DNA of 20,000 nt from an uncultured virus (IMG/VR IMGVR_UViG_3300028844_005252) (lineage: Duplodnaviria > Heunggongvirae > Uroviricota > Caudoviricetes): the IMG/VR virus record IMGVR_UViG_3300028844_005252; one strand, 5' to 3'. A program made the position numbers and the translations under genes. Positions 7,028 through 17,200 of the stretch are shown here, one piece after another; within the stretch, counting starts at the first letter, position 1; every line of letters begins with the position of its first letter. The notes below the pieces were generated by a model, which worked only from the letters and a program-made list of their open reading frames with translations, made no database searches and had not been told where the DNA came from.

Positions 7028-8077
7028 ATGGATAACGATACCGAGGTGGTTGATTCCCCTCAACAAACGGAATTAAATCTTGCGGATGTGTCTACTGACG
7101 ACCTTCGACAAGCAATATCAACGCAGCAGCCTTATGAGGCTACAGAACAGACTGAGCAAGCTGAACCTGAGGGGCAACCCCAAGAAGAGGCAACCGTTCA
7201 AGAAGAACCTGTAGCGGAAGAATCCGAAGCGACCGAAGAAACTGTAGTTTCCGAGGAAACTGAAGAGGATAGGCTGGCCAAAAGAAGGATTAGACCTAAA
7301 AGCGAATTAGACCAACAAGTCATAGATCTTTATAGATCAGAAGGATTTAGCGGTACATTTGCAGATGCGTCTAGAATTATTTACGGCCAAACCGTTGTCC
7401 CGAATCAACCAAACCCGCAACCCGCTCAACAAACTGAGCAACCAATTTCAAATTCGTTTACTGGGTTGGCGGAGACACTTAATGCTGAAATAGCTGAACT
7501 TGAGGCGGAAGTTACTCAAGCTGCTGACGATTTAGACACGGTCAAAGCTTTGCAACTGCAAAGAGAGATCATGAAAAAAGAGTTAGAAGTTAGAGATTTA
7601 AACTTCAGAAAAGAACGCCAAGAGGAGAAAGCTCAGGAGGCACACAGTTCAAATCAGCGTAGTAAAGCTCAAGAGAGTAGGGATCGTGCATTTGAATCTT
7701 ACCCCGATCTGTCAGACAAAAATACTGTCTACAGAAAAGAGTTCGATGATTTTGTAGCCCAAGCTCAAAGCGATGCAGACTACGAAGCGGTTTTTCAGTC
7801 ACCAAGGTGGCCGGAAATGTTGGCACACGACTTTGCTGCTAGAAAAGGCTACCAAGCCCCAATGCAGCAAAATACCACAAATCCAGCTCCCGAAATACCA
7901 AGGCAAGTAGCCCCTCAAATGGGTAATCAAGCTAAAGTATTGACGACTGGCCAAACTGCGCAACCCGCAAACACTCAATTAACACCGGAGTATGTTTCTA
8001 ACAACATCGGTCAAATGTCCAACGAACAGCTTTATCAGCTTCTAGGACACGATGACAATAGAAAGTTCCTCCGTTAA
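7028..8077 (+). CDS. Capsid scaffolding protein
   Basis: Very acidic E/Q-rich disordered N-terminus, central coiled coil and short C-terminal helix ('IGQMSNEQLYQLLG'). Lies immediately upstream of the capsid gene. Confidence 0.8.
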   Translation: MDNDTEVVDSPQQTELNLADVSTDDLRQAISTQQPYEATEQTEQAEPEGQPQEEATVQEEPVAEESEATEETVVSEETEEDRLAKRRIRPKSELDQQVIDLYRSEGFSGTFADASRIIYGQTVVPNQPNPQPAQQTEQPISNSFTGLAETLNAEIAELEAEVTQAADDLDTVKALQLQREIMKKELEVRDLNFRKERQEEKAQEAHSSNQRSKAQESRDRAFESYPDLSDKNTVYRKEFDDFVAQAQSDADYEAVFQSPRWPEMLAHDFAARKGYQAPMQQNTTNPAPEIPRQVAPQMGNQAKVLTTGQTAQPANTQLTPEYVSNNIGQMSNEQLYQLLGHDDNRKFLR

Positions 8078-8098
8078 CCTATTAAATAATTATTAAAA

Positions 8099-9541
8099 AT
8101 GGCTTCTAAATCATTCCCAACAAGTACTACTGGATTCGGCACCGCAGGTGTCGACCTCACTACTACTTTAACTTCACATGCTAATACAATTGGAGCAGCT
8201 GATTCCGATTTGCGTACAAGACTTTGGTCTGAGCTCGTAACTCGTGATGCTCGTGAGAAAAATGTATTCTCTAAATTCATCGGATCCGAAGGATCTGGAT
8301 CTCCCGTCGTTGAAAAACGCGACCTTTCCGCTGGTGGTTCTGACAAAGTGACTTTCACTACTGTTGCACCAATCAGAGGACAAGGTGTTCGTGGGGAAGA
8401 AATCCTTAAGAACTCAACCGGAAAGCTCAAATTTGGAACTTTCAATGTTGAAGTCGATCTTATCCGTCACGCTGTAGCTTGGACACAAGTTATCAAACTT
8501 ATGCGTTTTACTGGTAAAACTATTGACCAGCTTTCCGCAGAAGTTATGTCCGAATGGGCAGGCCGCACTGAGCAGGATCATATCCAAATGTGTCTTCGTG
8601 ACACTTGCTTAAACGCAAACACTTCTAACCTTATTTCGGGTTACGGAGCAGGAGCCGATCTTCTATACACTGAAGGTTTAAGCACTGATATTATTCAGGA
8701 AGCTAAACAAGCATTGATCGCCCAAGGTGGTGAGCCAATGAATGTTGGTGGTGATGACAAAACGGAAATCCCCGGTTATTTGTTCTTCGCACCTGACGCT
8801 TGCTTACGCCCTCTTCGTTCAGATCCTGATTACCTCGAAGCCATTCTTTCTGCTGACGAGCGTAGCAGTTCTAACAAGTTGTACAGTGGTAATTACGCAA
8901 TGTGGGACGGCAATGTAATTGCTAACCATAATGTGTTGATTGACACAGCCGACGGACGCCAAGGTTCTCCTTTGCTTCCAACAGCTTTGACAACCTCGCA
9001 GTTTTCTCCAACTAACGGTGGAGATTTGACTCTCGGTGGTGATACATTCGCTAACTTCCTCGGTTTTGATGCTAGAATTCCTGGCGCAGGCGGATTAAAT
9101 TACACTGTATCCTCACCTGGGTACTTCCTTATCGTAGCACCTGATGGATCTTACTCATGCTTCGGTTATGGATCTAACGACGGAGCTTCTCTTAAGACTC
9201 TCGCTTATACTGATATAAGCGTTGGTCAAGGCGGAAGTCAGGTTGCCGACGGAACAGCGTTCGCCGCTGGTTCAATGATCTATCAGTGTAATGCTGCTGG
9301 AACTCCAATCGGATATGCATTAGCGATGGGTAAAAGTGCACTATACTACGCAAAAGGTAGTGTATTTAACGAACAGATTTTCCATTATGACGATTACTCC
9401 AATTCAGGAAACGAGGCACACCTCAATTCTGTTGGTATTCAATCCGTTTATGGAATGGCAGCTTACTTGGACACTAACGGAAGAATCCCAGGTGTTCAGC
9501 TTGTTGAAGCAGTTCGTCAGATCCCAGGATTTAAGTATTAA
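8099..9541 (+). CDS. Major capsid protein (N4-gp56/DUF4043-like, HK97 fold)
   Basis: 'RLWSELV...FSKFIG.....PVVEKRDLSAGGSDKVTF......G.GV.GEE.L', and C-terminal 'GYALAMGKSAL...DYSN...VGIQSVYG'. Strong codon bias and a downstream terminator. Confidence 0.88.
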   Translation: MASKSFPTSTTGFGTAGVDLTTTLTSHANTIGAADSDLRTRLWSELVTRDAREKNVFSKFIGSEGSGSPVVEKRDLSAGGSDKVTFTTVAPIRGQGVRGEEILKNSTGKLKFGTFNVEVDLIRHAVAWTQVIKLMRFTGKTIDQLSAEVMSEWAGRTEQDHIQMCLRDTCLNANTSNLISGYGAGADLLYTEGLSTDIIQEAKQALIAQGGEPMNVGGDDKTEIPGYLFFAPDACLRPLRSDPDYLEAILSADERSSSNKLYSGNYAMWDGNVIANHNVLIDTADGRQGSPLLPTALTTSQFSPTNGGDLTLGGDTFANFLGFDARIPGAGGLNYTVSSPGYFLIVAPDGSYSCFGYGSNDGASLKTLAYTDISVGQGGSQVADGTAFAAGSMIYQCNAAGTPIGYALAMGKSALYYAKGSVFNEQIFHYDDYSNSGNEAHLNSVGIQSVYGMAAYLDTNGRIPGVQLVEAVRQIPGFKY

Positions 9542-9580
9542 TCTTTTGAGAATATCCACCATATTCCAATCCTAACAACA

Positions 9581-9615
9581 GCCTCTCCTCTGCGTAGCGG
9601 GGGAGAGGTTTTTTT
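9581..9615 (+). terminator. Rho-independent terminator after the capsid gene
   Basis: Stem GCCTCTCCTCTGC-GTA-GCGGGGGAGAGGT followed by a T run. Confidence 0.9.
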
Positions 9616-9625
9616 ACATACAATC

Positions 9626-9964
9626 ATGAAAATAATAATTATCGGAAAAAGAGATCAAATGGGAACAACCCCCGTTATCAGAGTAAAAGGTATGAGTCGT
9701 TTACAGTATGTCTTTGAATGGGACAAAGAATGTAGACACTATGCTTATGAACCTAAAGATCAGCGTGAGGCTGACGATATATTCAGAACGCAGGGCAGGC
9801 TGTACAAGCGTATGTTCTTTTCAGTTCTTATGGACGAGAAAAAAGAGTCAGAAACCGACCATCACTTTGTAAAAGAAAAACCAGCTTCTAAAAAGAAAAG
9901 TAAACCTAAGGTTGAAAAAACGGATCGTGCTCCCGAATTACAAGCGGTGGTTGAAAAAGATTAA
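9626..9964 (+). CDS. Hypothetical protein after capsid gene (112 aa, Lys-rich tail)
   Basis: Clean ORF between the terminator and the next gene, with a globular N-terminus and a K/E-rich tail. Confidence 0.75.
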   Translation: MKIIIIGKRDQMGTTPVIRVKGMSRLQYVFEWDKECRHYAYEPKDQREADDIFRTQGRLYKRMFFSVLMDEKKESETDHHFVKEKPASKKKSKPKVEKTDRAPELQAVVEKD

Positions 9965-9985
9965 AAAGGTTAGGGTAGCTTAACC

Positions 9986-12433
9986 ATGGCTAAACTACCA
10001 AAAGGGAAGATCTATCAAACCGATTACACAGACTTAAGTACGCGGGTTGACAGTCAAACGATAATAGACTCACCTCTTTGGGTCTTAGATAACTCGGCTC
10101 CTTCTGAAATAGGTAACTATTTAGACGCTTATAATCAAGCATTCTACTGGGAGGGCTCAACTTCTGGCTATGTGGTCGACCCAAGAATGGTGTATTCTAA
10201 CCCTTTTACTTCGGTTAGTAGACCTAATTTTAGCAGACCCGAAGATGTGCTAAGCATATATAGGGCAACATTCGGTGCCCGTAATGTAAATGGTGCTTGG
10301 CATTTTGATCTTTATATAAAAGACTCATCAATTTCGGGTGATTATATTCACATACTGTTTGCCTTAAAAAGTGCGCAAACAGTGTTCGATACATCTACTT
10401 GGGATACATTCAATACTACAGGGTTTAACGTCACCGATGCTGGTTCGCCTGTTAATATGGGTGTAGAAGTATTTGATTCAGCCTTGCACCCAGCTGCATG
10501 GGGAAATAACTGGGTAGTTAATTCTGATGGTACAGACATAAGATATTTCGCAAATGAGGTTATAAGTAGTGGGGCTGCACCTATGACCACTGCTACTTTT
10601 GAGTTCCCATTTAATCTAGGATTAAGCACCACAACGGGTGAAATATTCCAAGGCTCGCTATCTTCATATGCAGTAATTGATTCCCCGTTTCTATACTTAC
10701 CGCATATGCCTGGTACGCCATTTGGCAGTTATCATAGCTTTGGGAGTGGTGTTATAAATGCAACCAGTAACCATCCCGAATGGTGGCCATATGTTTGGCC
10801 AGCCTCTGGGGTTACAACTCCAGTCACAGAGCATTTTAGTAAGCATTCCAGCTTATCTTATAGTACATATGTCGGTCAGTACAATATCGCTGCTAAACGC
10901 CAATGGTATAACCCTACAAGCGCCCTACCTTGGTTAAACAATATTAATGATACCTTTGACCCCCGTATAGTAAAATCAGATTGGCATGGTAGAAAAGTAG
11001 AGAAGCATTGGACATTTGCATTATGGACTAATACCGTAAATCAGAGCTATGTACCATGGAACCCATACAATAAAATTCCATACTTTAATATAAATGCGTT
11101 CATGTATATGGACTCGCAAATTGGGTTTAGGTTAAAAGAGGGACAAACCGTTTTTGATACATCTACATGGGAACCCGCTGTTACATCGACTTCGAGTGGT
11201 CCATATGGTCAAAATGGTTCTTTTGTTGCAAACTGGGATGCGGGTGCCCCGATACAAATTAGAGCTGTAGCGCATAATGTGGCTCTACATCCTGCGGATT
11301 TAAAAAATAATTGGTTAGTTAATAGTGACGGTACGGAACTTCAATTTTTCTACGAAAGTGGGGTAGCAGACACAGGTCTTGCCCCCATGGTAGCTGGACT
11401 TGATGAATTTACAGATCCTTGGAATCCACCCCCACCAGGTGCGGGCGAAGCACCAACTTCAATCGAAGTCGTATCGAATTCAATAGACTCGGTAACTGGG
11501 TTAAAATTAACAGGCCAACCAGGTGCCCAAGAAGCCCCTACTGATTTTAGAATAGTCTTTCCACCCGAAGAGCCTGCGGTCATAGACAGTATAATAATTA
11601 GCCCAAAAGAAGAATCAAAAGTATCTAATTTAAATACCTTCTTATCACCAAAATACTCAGGTGCCCCGACTAACATAACAGCCGAAGCTTTAATTATGTT
11701 TGACGACATACTTGATCAAATAGCAAGTATGCTCGGAGCTGACCAATGGGAAGATTTACCAAAAATAGATCGGGATAGGGTTAAAATTGTCGCTAATCAA
11801 GCGTACAGAGAATGTTATGCTCCAATCGACGGTCACAGGCCAAGATGGGCTTCACGCAAGATGTCCGTTTCTTTCAATGAAGATCAACAATCCGTAAATC
11901 TGCCAAAAGATGTTATCGACATAGAAAAAGTACCAGTTCTCGCTGGTCATGGGCCGCTGTCTCCTATGAACGCTAGGACTGATGAAATAGCCGCTAGAAG
12001 CCATTACTCGGGAGATTTTAGACCTATAGGCGGATTTCAAGGGGCTTTCCCTTCCATCGATATGGATAAACCCGAGAAAGACAGACCAATCTGGTATTAT
12101 ATAGATCAAACCGATGAAGGGTTTGATAACTATATAGTAGTCCCAAGACTTGTTTTGTACCCGATACCCAACAAGGAATACACCGTAGATTTAGTGGCAA
12201 ATGTTATGCCCGTTTTATTAAACGAAGGAGACAGCCCAAGGTTACCCGGTGATGCGATTTGGGATATAATGCTACCTATTGCTCAATATAAACTATTAAC
12301 AGATCCCCGATATAATGGAGATAACCGAGAGGTCATTGTTCAATCCGCAAGAGAAGCCAGAAGAAAACTAAAACATTTCTCATCACCACAAAAACAAAGA
12401 ACTATTAGAATAGTCAGAAGAAAGGGTTGGTAA
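9986..12433 (+). CDS. Head-tail adaptor-like protein with two tandem N-terminal aromatic-rich domains
   Basis: C-terminal ~245 aa ('MFDDILDQIASMLG...VANQAYRECY...LPKDVIDI...RPIWYYI...LVLYPIPNKEYTV...LNEGDSPRLP') has the podovirus adaptor/tail tubular A pattern. The N-terminal part is internally duplicated. Confidence 0.7.
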   Translation: MAKLPKGKIYQTDYTDLSTRVDSQTIIDSPLWVLDNSAPSEIGNYLDAYNQAFYWEGSTSGYVVDPRMVYSNPFTSVSRPNFSRPEDVLSIYRATFGARNVNGAWHFDLYIKDSSISGDYIHILFALKSAQTVFDTSTWDTFNTTGFNVTDAGSPVNMGVEVFDSALHPAAWGNNWVVNSDGTDIRYFANEVISSGAAPMTTATFEFPFNLGLSTTTGEIFQGSLSSYAVIDSPFLYLPHMPGTPFGSYHSFGSGVINATSNHPEWWPYVWPASGVTTPVTEHFSKHSSLSYSTYVGQYNIAAKRQWYNPTSALPWLNNINDTFDPRIVKSDWHGRKVEKHWTFALWTNTVNQSYVPWNPYNKIPYFNINAFMYMDSQIGFRLKEGQTVFDTSTWEPAVTSTSSGPYGQNGSFVANWDAGAPIQIRAVAHNVALHPADLKNNWLVNSDGTELQFFYESGVADTGLAPMVAGLDEFTDPWNPPPPGAGEAPTSIEVVSNSIDSVTGLKLTGQPGAQEAPTDFRIVFPPEEPAVIDSIIISPKEESKVSNLNTFLSPKYSGAPTNITAEALIMFDDILDQIASMLGADQWEDLPKIDRDRVKIVANQAYRECYAPIDGHRPRWASRKMSVSFNEDQQSVNLPKDVIDIEKVPVLAGHGPLSPMNARTDEIAARSHYSGDFRPIGGFQGAFPSIDMDKPEKDRPIWYYIDQTDEGFDNYIVVPRLVLYPIPNKEYTVDLVANVMPVLLNEGDSPRLPGDAIWDIMLPIAQYKLLTDPRYNGDNREVIVQSAREARRKLKHFSSPQKQRTIRIVRRKGW
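10004..11422 (+). repeat. Tandem protein-domain duplication (about 10004-10615 and 10637-11422)
   Basis: Shared motifs in the same order: GKIYQ/GEIFQ, IIDSPLWVL/VIDSPFLYL, VDPRMV/FDPRIV, WHFDLY/WTFALW, QTVFDTSTW in both, ALHPAAWGNNWVVNSDGTD/ALHPADLKNNWLVNSDGTE, GAAPM/GLAPM. Confidence 0.9.
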
Positions 12434-12434
12434 A

Positions 12435-14252
12435 ATGCCTAACGATTTAAGAATCCGACAAATCGGTAGGGCTAAGATTGAAAAAGACTCAGCCGCCGGT
12501 TTTCAAAAGCTGACCCGTAAATATGCGGTCGAAGGTCCAAAGGCCAGCAAAGTAGGGCTCGACGGTAGTCAAGATGGGGTAGCTCTGTTTAGAGAGTACG
12601 GAGAACCAGATGAAGAGTTCTCAGATCACTATTTAATAAATCAATCTGTAACTCCAGGGGCTACTGTAGATAAAGCAACACTTACTAGAGAGTATGCTCA
12701 AATAAGAGACACTTGGTACGGTTTGCAAACAAGCGAAAGCGGTCAGCTTAAGAAAATGACTCGTAAATTTGTGGTTATTAAAAACAGTAACCATATACTT
12801 TCACAGTTGGGCACTCCTAATTTAGGATATGATACCGAAGCCTGGAGCTTACACCCAAAGACCGGCCAAAATTCACCCGATGAAGCAGATAACTGGGACA
12901 TGCTTCCAACCATAGTTAAAGAAACTGAACCGGTTAATGTGTCCTATGCCGACGGTGATGCGTCTGGAACTATACCTCCAGTAACACAACTATCATCGGA
13001 GAATGGGAACACAAAAGTTCTATTCCCTAGAGTTGTTAAAGTTCTTAGTAATGCAAATGGAAATGTTGAACTTGAAGTTGTTGGCTCATCCCCATGGAAA
13101 TTGGGAGAACAGGTATTTTCGAACACTGAAGGTAAAGCCGAAGTAGACACCAAGCAGATATTTAATGTTGATGAAGAATTTGTCGTTCTTGCAGATCCAA
13201 GATCAACTCCTTTTGCAATAGATGACCCATCAACCTACGATCCATCGGATCCATATACAACCAGCATTGGTACGCTGGACATAGGCTCGACGGTCACGCT
13301 TGCGGATACAAATATAAAACCGGTCAAAGCAAATGTCCCATCCGTTTACTCTCAAACCGATGATGCCGATGTTTTATACTCGTTGCAAAATGCTACAAGA
13401 ACTACCAATTTTGTTGAAGATTTAGCGGTACTCGAGAATAGAATCCCCACCGAGGAAGAAGCCACAAACACGACAGTTGGTAACTTAATATGGGTAAGAG
13501 GAGCGTGTTCAGTAGACACAAGCAACCCAGGTATAGATATGTGGACTGTTTCTTATGTGGCTCCGGTTGCATCTTATTGGTCAATTGGTTCTGCAAGGGA
13601 AAAAGATATAAACCAACCCGTTATTGTGGCTTTTGATCATTTAGGTCTGAAAACATTTAAAACAACTTCCAAAAGGGTAGGTGGTTCTGCGGTATTTACT
13701 TATTTTACAGTTCAGGAACAGGTGCCAATTCAGAGCTCTTCTTACACAAAGAACTCCGGATCAGTGTCAATGGATGTAAAAATCATCGGTACTGATGGGA
13801 GTAAAGCTACGGCTACATTTAGACAGTCTTTTAAAAATGCCGCTATGTATAAAACCGTAAGCGGTGGAGGAGGTTCGGGTGGTTCTACTGGAGTCCGTAT
13901 GATGTGGCCTACGAAATATAAAATTATAGATCTTCAATTCGGGGCTTCTGTAGATTACCAACAAGTAGCCTGTTACGGAAGTGGGTGTGCCGGTAAAGAT
14001 TGGTTAACCGAGCCCCATTCCGATATGACCGACCGATCCTGGAAGTTTCATTGGCAAGCTGATGATACTTTAGAGTTAATGAATCATCCATGTTTTCAAG
14101 GTGAGCCTATTCAGTTAGCCGCGGGACATATTACTTGGGATTCTACAATTTGGAACACCCGTATTACAGCAACTCCTTCAAACTTTAAAGTTACACCTAT
14201 ATTTTTCCATAATAAATTAAAAATCTGGAAAGTCGAAGTAACCTACTTTTAA
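12435..14252 (+). CDS. Putative tail structural protein (605 aa)
   Basis: Long ORF between the adaptor and the fibre, beta-rich, with repeated KLTRKYAV / TLTREYAQ / KMTRKFVV motifs. TAATG coupling to the next gene. Confidence 0.6.
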   Translation: MPNDLRIRQIGRAKIEKDSAAGFQKLTRKYAVEGPKASKVGLDGSQDGVALFREYGEPDEEFSDHYLINQSVTPGATVDKATLTREYAQIRDTWYGLQTSESGQLKKMTRKFVVIKNSNHILSQLGTPNLGYDTEAWSLHPKTGQNSPDEADNWDMLPTIVKETEPVNVSYADGDASGTIPPVTQLSSENGNTKVLFPRVVKVLSNANGNVELEVVGSSPWKLGEQVFSNTEGKAEVDTKQIFNVDEEFVVLADPRSTPFAIDDPSTYDPSDPYTTSIGTLDIGSTVTLADTNIKPVKANVPSVYSQTDDADVLYSLQNATRTTNFVEDLAVLENRIPTEEEATNTTVGNLIWVRGACSVDTSNPGIDMWTVSYVAPVASYWSIGSAREKDINQPVIVAFDHLGLKTFKTTSKRVGGSAVFTYFTVQEQVPIQSSSYTKNSGSVSMDVKIIGTDGSKATATFRQSFKNAAMYKTVSGGGGSGGSTGVRMMWPTKYKIIDLQFGASVDYQQVACYGSGCAGKDWLTEPHSDMTDRSWKFHWQADDTLELMNHPCFQGEPIQLAAGHITWDSTIWNTRITATPSNFKVTPIFFHNKLKIWKVEVTYF

Positions 14253-17200
14253 TGACAAACGAAGATTTACAACAGGCTCTCAGGGAACTTGAAGAGCGTA
14301 TTGACGGTATGGAGATCGATCTGACTCCACCCGAAGACGCTATGAGTAATTTTACCGTCTTTGAAAATGAAACGGGTGATCGTCAGATGATTGTCCACTT
14401 TATTGATGTAGAGGATTATTCCGTTGAGCTTCCTACAAACAGAGAAGAAGCAAGAACCGTTTTTCTTACGGTTATAAAAGAGCATCAGGATCACCAAAAT
14501 AGAACGATTTCACATGGCGATTTAATGGTTCTTAATTGCCAGCCTTGTAATTACTATTGTTATGTTGCTAAGGTCGATAAAGTCGCAGGAACTGGGTTTC
14601 AAGCTGAAGATATGCTAGACCCACCCGCAGCCGTTACCGATCAACGGGAAGATAGAGTTTTACACGAACTTGTTATTTGGACAGAAACATACCCAAATGA
14701 AGGGGGTTCGGCCGTTCTAGCAAGTTCGGCAATAAATATAACCTCGGGTGATACTACTTCTTTTAAAGTTACGGAATTTACACTTACAGAAACACCTTGC
14801 GGGGAAGATGCCGAAGAATATGAACAGGATGTCGATTACCCCGCGGGAACTGTAGTTAGTTACAACGGTGAGTTTTACAGGGCTAGTATCGATATTTCTA
14901 CAAACATACCACCGGTAGGCGGACCTTTTAGTGCGTCAGCGTGGGTAGAGGCTTGCCCAAAAGAACAGGAATTTAAAATACCTAAAATGGTAATAAATGA
15001 TTCCTCGGATCCTGAAACAGATGTTAATTTTAAAACTAGATCCTTTGATATTACAATAACACCGGGTACTGCTAAAACCTTAGATATTTATAAACCCACA
15101 CAAGCAATTACCGATCAACCGTGTGATGCAGTCGTAACAACTATTTATCCTACGGAATATAGTATAGACCCTAGCTATGCAATCGGAGACCATGTTCAGT
15201 ATAAGGGTAAATACTACAAAGCTCTAATTCCAAATAATGCAGACCCTCCCGATGGTGTTTTTAATGAAGACACTTGGGTAGAGGTACTCGAAGGCGATTT
15301 ACCAACAGACTCACAAGACCCTTGTGCATTCGCTACTCAAAAAATATCATTTACAAAAGAGTCCGGAGATGCATCAGAATTTAAGGGATATGACATAGAT
15401 GTAACACCTGGAAATGATACTCCAAGCGGAGATCCTTTTCAAATGGGTACGGTTTCCGTATCTGGTGGGAATAACGGGACTCCGAAGCCGTTCACGATGT
15501 ACGACATAACTATAACCCCCTGTACACCAAGACCTCCAGATGCTTGGGACAGTAATACAGCGTATAATGAGGGTGATTTTGTCGAACACAATGGAGACTA
15601 TTTTCAAGCCACGGATATTAGCCAAGGCAACTTTCCCGAAGATGCAAATAACTCAGACCTATGGGCACCATCTACTGAAGAAGAAGCATCCTCTACTGCC
15701 CACTGTGAATTTGAAGATACCTTTAATTTTGCAGCACCCCAGCTTAAAGATGAAATTCCAAAAGGTCCTTTTAATTTTCTAAACGGTTTAACATTAACTG
15801 GAAACTGTAAAGCGATTGGAGAAGGGGATTATGAGTCTTTTATAAAAAGTTTAGAACTTAAATTAGGAACTAGAATTGTAACCCCTGGTACTCCCGTTGA
15901 TCTATTAATGGGGCTTACAACAAAATCAGTCACACCCCCCGCTTCACCGACAGATAACGGAAGTCCAACAAAAGTTTTAACTGCTCTTAATTCGCTTTCT
16001 CTGACGGAAAAGGTTTTTAGCGGAGAAAGCCCGCAAGAGTTTATTAAGTCTATCGATTCCCTTGAAATTGAACCGGGTTCGGATGGAACTCCCGATGGTG
16101 AATTTGAAGTTACACTTGTAACCTCATCAACTCCGGGAAACCCCACAAATGTACCCGTTTTTACAAAAATATCCGGCAACGAGTGCGGGTGTTTCGTTGT
16201 AAAAGCTGAAGGTCAGCTGGCACTTTCAACCGTAACTAAAACGCAAACAACAAAAACTTATGAAATAACCGACACCCCAAGTACTTTAAAAATTACAGGT
16301 ACTAAAGGCAAAATAACCCCCGGTTATTTACCGACAGACGGACAAGCCGTAGTTAATACTATTGATGCCCAACCTAAAAAAGGTGACACGGAAATAGTAT
16401 TGGAAGCTCAAAAAGCCCAGTATGTTCCTATGTCTGCCACTCAAGAAGTAACATTGGATGGCAAAAAAGAGATGGTAAATTATCAGGATTACCAAACTCA
16501 ATTTAAGGTAGATGCTACCACAAAAAATGTCAGTCAGGTAGACAGGGTTTATGAATATAAAGGTAAACAGTTATATATAAAAGGTAGGGAACAGTATTTA
16601 AATAGCTCGAAATCCACGGCCACATTTCAGCCTAAACTTTATAATATTGTATCTTCAACTTTAACCGCACAACTTTACACCAGGACAGATATTGTACATT
16701 TTCAGAACGGTAAAAAAGTAACCATAACTCCCGAAGCTCATGATTTACTTTTTGAATACCAAAGAATGTACAATATTAACAGAACGAGTGTTTACTTAAA
16801 ATGGGATACGGAACAAGTAAAACTTACACCCGAACAAGCGGTATTAAAACTTAAAGAAGAATATGATGTCACTATAGAAAATAAAGACATTAAAGAAATC
16901 CATATTGAGGAACTTAAAAATTTAAAACTTGTACCAAAAGATTACACACTTGAAAGGTATCTCCACGACTTAGAATTTACGGCTCAAAATTTAAGCGTAG
17001 ACACTACAAACGCTTCCTTAGAATCCACGGAATGTCAGACGGTTAGCTTAGTAACCGGAGGGACTTCATCGAGCAATTTTGACATCCAATCTGGTACGGT
17101 TAATCCTTCGGAAACACCGGTTAAAGACAACATCCACAGCATGGAAATAAAAGATGTGTCAACCGAAGAAGGATACATATATAATGCATCAAAGTTAAAA

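Noticed and set aside
9336..9575. Possible frameshift extension of the capsid protein (as in T7 10B)
   Set aside because: The alternative frame extends only about 11 codons past the capsid stop and I saw no convincing slippery heptamer.
10376..11175. Near-identical DNA stretches (CAAAC.GT.TT.GATACATCTAC.TGGGA) as a DGR template/variable repeat pair
   Set aside because: Differences are at synonymous positions and not adenine-specific, both copies are in the same ORF, and no reverse transcriptase is in the window. It is a domain duplication.
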